From assembly GCA_963827685.1 (NCBI GenBank), contig CAWHBU010000005.1, positions 1 to 64,000 of the forward strand: DNA of 64,000 bases, read 5' to 3'. The DNA is from an uncultured delta proteobacterium (GTDB taxonomy: Bacteria; Desulfobacterota; BSN033; UBA1163). A program made the translations under genes and the position numbers. The notes below the pieces were generated by a model, which had not been told where the DNA came from, ran no database searches, and worked only from the letters and a program-made list of their open reading frames with translations. Shown in pieces: positions 60,634 to 64,000 of this stretch. How positions within the stretch are numbered: position 1 is the first letter of the stretch; each line of letters opens with the position of its first letter.

Positions 60634-62254
60634 CGGCCTGTTGCTCAAAAGCCCAATTCAAAAATATCTGACAGTTTAAGTTTCGATGAATGATAGCCGG
60701 GGGTAAATAGAACCAAATAGCACCATTTGGCCAATTTTAAAGCTCATCAGCTCCTTAAAATCTGAAAAAGACCTTATCTCCCTTGTCACAGCCCCTTTGA
60801 TCTGCTCCATCATTACCGATGGACTTCTCTTTAGGTAAGATCCATACCTCAGCAAAACCTCAATGTTCTGGACAGCAGAGATCAGGTATTCCTGTATCTG
60901 CACCCGCCAAAGCCCTCTCCATCGTGCCCGGTCATATCCATACCGCGTCCCTCTGGCATAGGAACGCTCCATCAAGTGTTGCCTCATTTTGATATCCCGC
61001 TTCGCTTTGGCCGATCGACTCGCCTCTCGCATCCTGTCTAGATCTTCCTGCCTCAGATGTCGCTTAATTGTCCGACCCGACTTGTTCTTGGTACACTGCT
61101 CTCTTAAGTCACATACCGCACAAATCTTCTTGGGCGCAGCGTAATCTCTACTTTGCCGACTCATATGTAATGACCTAGGCTTCAACCGATGCCCAGCTGG
61201 ACAACGATAGGTGTCACTCTCCCGATCATACTCAAACCGCTCTTCCCCAAAGATATTCTGCTTTTCTGTACGCTTCAATGAAATTTCCCTCAAATCCGGC
61301 ATGTGGGCCTCTACTCCTCTATCATGACAGGCCAAAAAGTTCTCGATCGTCCCGTATTTGCTGTCGGCCACCACCGTATCCGCCTTGACCCCTGTATTTA
61401 AATGGTGGCTCTCTATCAGAGGAATCATCTCATGCGCTTCATTGACATCTCCTGTTGTCGTCTCGATCGCCGTGATCACTTCACTCCGCTCATCCACGGC
61501 CCGATGTACCTGATAGGAGAGTTTGGGCTTGCCACGATTCACTATCGATGCATCCGGATCGGTCGTTGAAATGTATCGGCTGTTCTCTTTAACGTATCTC
61601 CTGGAGGAATCCGTGCTCTCGCTCTTTTCCTCTAATCGTGCTTCCAGCTTCTTGTAGCCCTCCTGGAGTTGAACCTTCAACGATCGCGTGTCGATCACGG
61701 AGTTGTTCGATGCATCCGCATCCACCAAGCTCGAATCCACAAAGATCTTTCTGCCGTCCACTAACCCCGCCTCCACACATTGCCACACCATTCGCTCAAA
61801 AAATCCCCTAAACGCCTCTACTCCCCACCGCGCCCGGGCTTTACTCAATACACTGTGATCCGGCACCTCGCTGTCTATGTCGTACCCTAAAAACCATAGC
61901 CAGTCTAAACGCATGGGGATCGTTTCCATTAACTCTCGTTCCGATCGAACATTGTAAAGAACTAACAGCAACATCATCTTCAGGATCACAGGAGGGGGAA
62001 TGGACACATTCCCATTGCCTCCATAGGTATCTCTGACTTCGGCATAGATGAAGTTAAAGTCAATCTGCTCCTGGATCTTTCTCAGAAGGTGTGTCCGGGG
62101 AACTCTTTGGTCCAGGTTCATATGATGATAGAAGATCTTCGGCTGAATTCCTGTCTGTTGACCCATCATGGCAAAATCTCCATTCCTGATTTGTCTTGCC
62201 ATGCTTATAGCTCGAATGTATAATCGTTGCAAGCATCATTTGGGCAACAGCCCG
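60634..62254 (-). mobile_element. IS1182-family insertion sequence
   Basis: 16-bp imperfect IRs CGGCCTGTTGCTCAAA / TTTGGGCAACAGCCCG; 4-bp TSD TCAA at 60630-60633 and 62255-62258. Confidence 0.88.
60676..62169 (-). CDS. IS1182-family DDE transposase
   Basis: SERELME, PDHSVLS, VDSS.V.A.AS, ADSKYG, YRCPAG Zn motif. Confidence 0.9.
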   Translation of the reverse strand: MMGQQTGIQPKIFYHHMNLDQRVPRTHLLRKIQEQIDFNFIYAEVRDTYGGNGNVSIPPPVILKMMLLLVLYNVRSERELMETIPMRLDWLWFLGYDIDSEVPDHSVLSKARARWGVEAFRGFFERMVWQCVEAGLVDGRKIFVDSSLVDADASNNSVIDTRSLKVQLQEGYKKLEARLEEKSESTDSSRRYVKENSRYISTTDPDASIVNRGKPKLSYQVHRAVDERSEVITAIETTTGDVNEAHEMIPLIESHHLNTGVKADTVVADSKYGTIENFLACHDRGVEAHMPDLREISLKRTEKQNIFGEERFEYDRESDTYRCPAGHRLKPRSLHMSRQSRDYAAPKKICAVCDLREQCTKNKSGRTIKRHLRQEDLDRMREASRSAKAKRDIKMRQHLMERSYARGTRYGYDRARWRGLWRVQIQEYLISAVQNIEVLLRYGSYLKRSPSVMMEQIKGAVTREIRSFSDFKELMSFKIGQMVLFGSIYPRLSFIET

Positions 62255-62475
62255 TCAAGACCTGACACCGGAGCCTATTACTTTCTTGAGCCACTATGCC
62301 ACCAGACGCTGCCAACTTTTTTATGGATGACCTAAATCCCTTTTAAGATTCTTATAATTTTATGGACGCCCCCCTTTGATTATCAAGCAAAGTGTATAAT
62401 GTAGCTTTGACCCCAAAGTCTTTTTCAAAGTCTCTTTCCGTGTGAAGAATCTGGTCCGCTCTCATGGTTTTCAGG

Positions 62476-64000
62476 CTACTTGGCTCTTTCGGGGGGTTGG
62501 CCCAAAAGCGCTTTTAACTTCTCCATAGCCTTTCCGAAGTCTTCCCATCTTCCCTGTCGAATAGCCTGCTCAGCTTCTTTGAGATCCTCTCTTGCCCGGT
62601 TCAGCTGTTCGCTCTGAACGGGGGCAGAGACTTTCCCGGCCTCAGGTTGAGCGGTGCCGAAAACGGCCTGAAGGGCTTGATCAAGAGTTGGCTCCATAAC
62701 CACTTTGTTCCCGGATACAATAATAATCCGTTTGAGCTGCGGGATGTTTGTGCCCTCCGCCGTCAGGTACACAGGCTCGACGTAAAGGAAGGAGCTATCG
62801 ATGGGGATAATAATCAAGTTGCCACGGATGACCCGGGAGCCTTTCTGGTCCCAAAGGGACAACTGCCCGGAGATCAGCGTGTTCTGATCGATCATCGCCT
62901 CGATCTGCATGGGGCCCAGAATCAGCCGCTCCTTTGGGAGTTGATAAAGGAGCATTTTCCCATATTCAGGAAAATCGCAATTGGCAGCCATCCAGGCGAT
63001 CATGTTGTCTCTGTTCTGAGGCGTAAAGGGACTCATCAGAAGATACATAAGCTCTTTCTGGCCGGGAAGCCGCATCAGGATATAATAGGGGATCATCGGG
63101 ATGGTATTGCCGGCATATTTCTCCTGTGCAAAACTCCAGAGATCTTCTCGGTTGTAGAAGACCTGAGGATCCGTCATGTGATAGGTCCTGTACATGTCGG
63201 CTTGAATCGTGAAAAAGTCCTCAGGGTATCTCAGATGCCTTTTTAAATCCTGCGATAACTCCCCCAATTCCCTGAAGACCCCCGGAAACGCCTTGCGGTA
63301 AACGCCGAGGACCGGGTCATCGACGTCCATTACATAAAATCGAACAGAGCCTTCATAGATATCCACAATCACCTTCACGGAGTTTCGGATATAATTCAAG
63401 CCAATCCCCAAGGATCTTGATTGGGGTTTTGAGTAGGGGAAATGGTCGGAAGTTGTGTAGGCATCCTGAATCCAGTAAAGCTTCCCTTCGCTCAGGACGA
63501 GGTAAGGATCTTTGTCCAGTAGTAAAAAAGGGGCGATTCTCCTAACTCGGTCCTGGACACTTCTCCAAATCTGGATACGACTCTCAGGGCCGAGATAAGA
63601 GGTGAGCAGTATATTGACGTCTGAGAAATTCCATGCAAAAAGAACTCTTTTCCAGTAGCTGTCCAGAGGAATGCCTCCCTTCCCCTGATAGCTGGTATAG
63701 ATATTTTCACTCCCCTTCGGATAGTCAAATTCTTTCATCTTGGTCCCGACGATCCGATAACCCGGGGTCTTTTCGCCGAAGTAGATGGCAGGCTGCTCAA
63801 CATTCAGGCCGTACTTGGAGACGGGCGGGATATTTTCGATAATATACTGCGGGAATCCTCCTTCGGCAATCTTCGAGACGAAGTTCATGACGAGACCATA
63901 GCCGTGGGTATATTGAAGACGCTCATTGACCCACGTCCTGGCCTGTTCGGGAAGCTCGGGCGCCAACTCCCGAGCTGGAGACTCCACCTGATGATAGCCG
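62476..64000 (-). CDS. UPF0182 family membrane protein (5' part outside the window)
   Basis: WVN.RL.YTHGYG, WIQDAYTTS, NYIRNSVK and LYVEPVY motifs. Confidence 0.92.
   Translation of the reverse strand, partial: GYHQVESPARELAPELPEQARTWVNERLQYTHGYGLVMNFVSKIAEGGFPQYIIENIPPVSKYGLNVEQPAIYFGEKTPGYRIVGTKMKEFDYPKGSENIYTSYQGKGGIPLDSYWKRVLFAWNFSDVNILLTSYLGPESRIQIWRSVQDRVRRIAPFLLLDKDPYLVLSEGKLYWIQDAYTTSDHFPYSKPQSRSLGIGLNYIRNSVKVIVDIYEGSVRFYVMDVDDPVLGVYRKAFPGVFRELGELSQDLKRHLRYPEDFFTIQADMYRTYHMTDPQVFYNREDLWSFAQEKYAGNTIPMIPYYILMRLPGQKELMYLLMSPFTPQNRDNMIAWMAANCDFPEYGKMLLYQLPKERLILGPMQIEAMIDQNTLISGQLSLWDQKGSRVIRGNLIIIPIDSSFLYVEPVYLTAEGTNIPQLKRIIIVSGNKVVMEPTLDQALQAVFGTAQPEAGKVSAPVQSEQLNRAREDLKEAEQAIRQGRWEDFGKAMEKLKALLGQPPERAK

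Larger units (their letters stand above)
55394..62331 (-). repeat. Seven direct copies of the site GGTGTCATCCATAAAAAAGTTGG(CCC)
   Basis: Plus-strand cores at 55394-55419, 57231-57255, 58452-58477, 59047-59068 (degenerate), 59682-59707, 60595-60617 and 62311-62331. Confidence 0.9.

Noticed and set aside
55394-62331. CRISPR array interpretation of the 25-bp repeats
   Set aside because: Spacing is 0.6-1.8 kb and irregular, the intervals contain genes, and no cas genes are present.

Overview
Chromosomal DNA from a probable Desulfobacterota/deltaproteobacterial anaerobe (inferred from gene content, sigma54 promoters and repeat families). Mostly housekeeping genes: acyl-CoA dehydrogenase-etfBA, ilvD, pgsA-tRNA-Gly-tRNA-Cys, TetR-TolC-AcrAB efflux, EndoQ, DUF763, galT, LysM-dprA-topA-trmFO, ispB, trxA, pncB, mgsA and a tartrate dehydrogenase-like gene with a DASS transporter. 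Three things stand out. (1) At ~54.4-62.4 kb, co-oriented accessory modules (TA pairs, a nuclease-like gene, nitroreductase, flavodoxin) are separated by seven direct copies of a ~25-bp site (minus strand GGTGTCATCCATAAAAAAGTTGG). This looks like an integron-like cassette array, but it has no attC hairpins and no recombinase in the window. One repeat unit is split by an IS1182-family element, and two toxins carry internal deletions. (2) An orphan 5' half of tRNA-Leu(TAA), cut at the anticodon loop, sits next to a decayed tyrosine integrase. (3) Several families of very small palindromic elements are nested inside each other. All product calls come from motif recognition by eye; no database searches were run.
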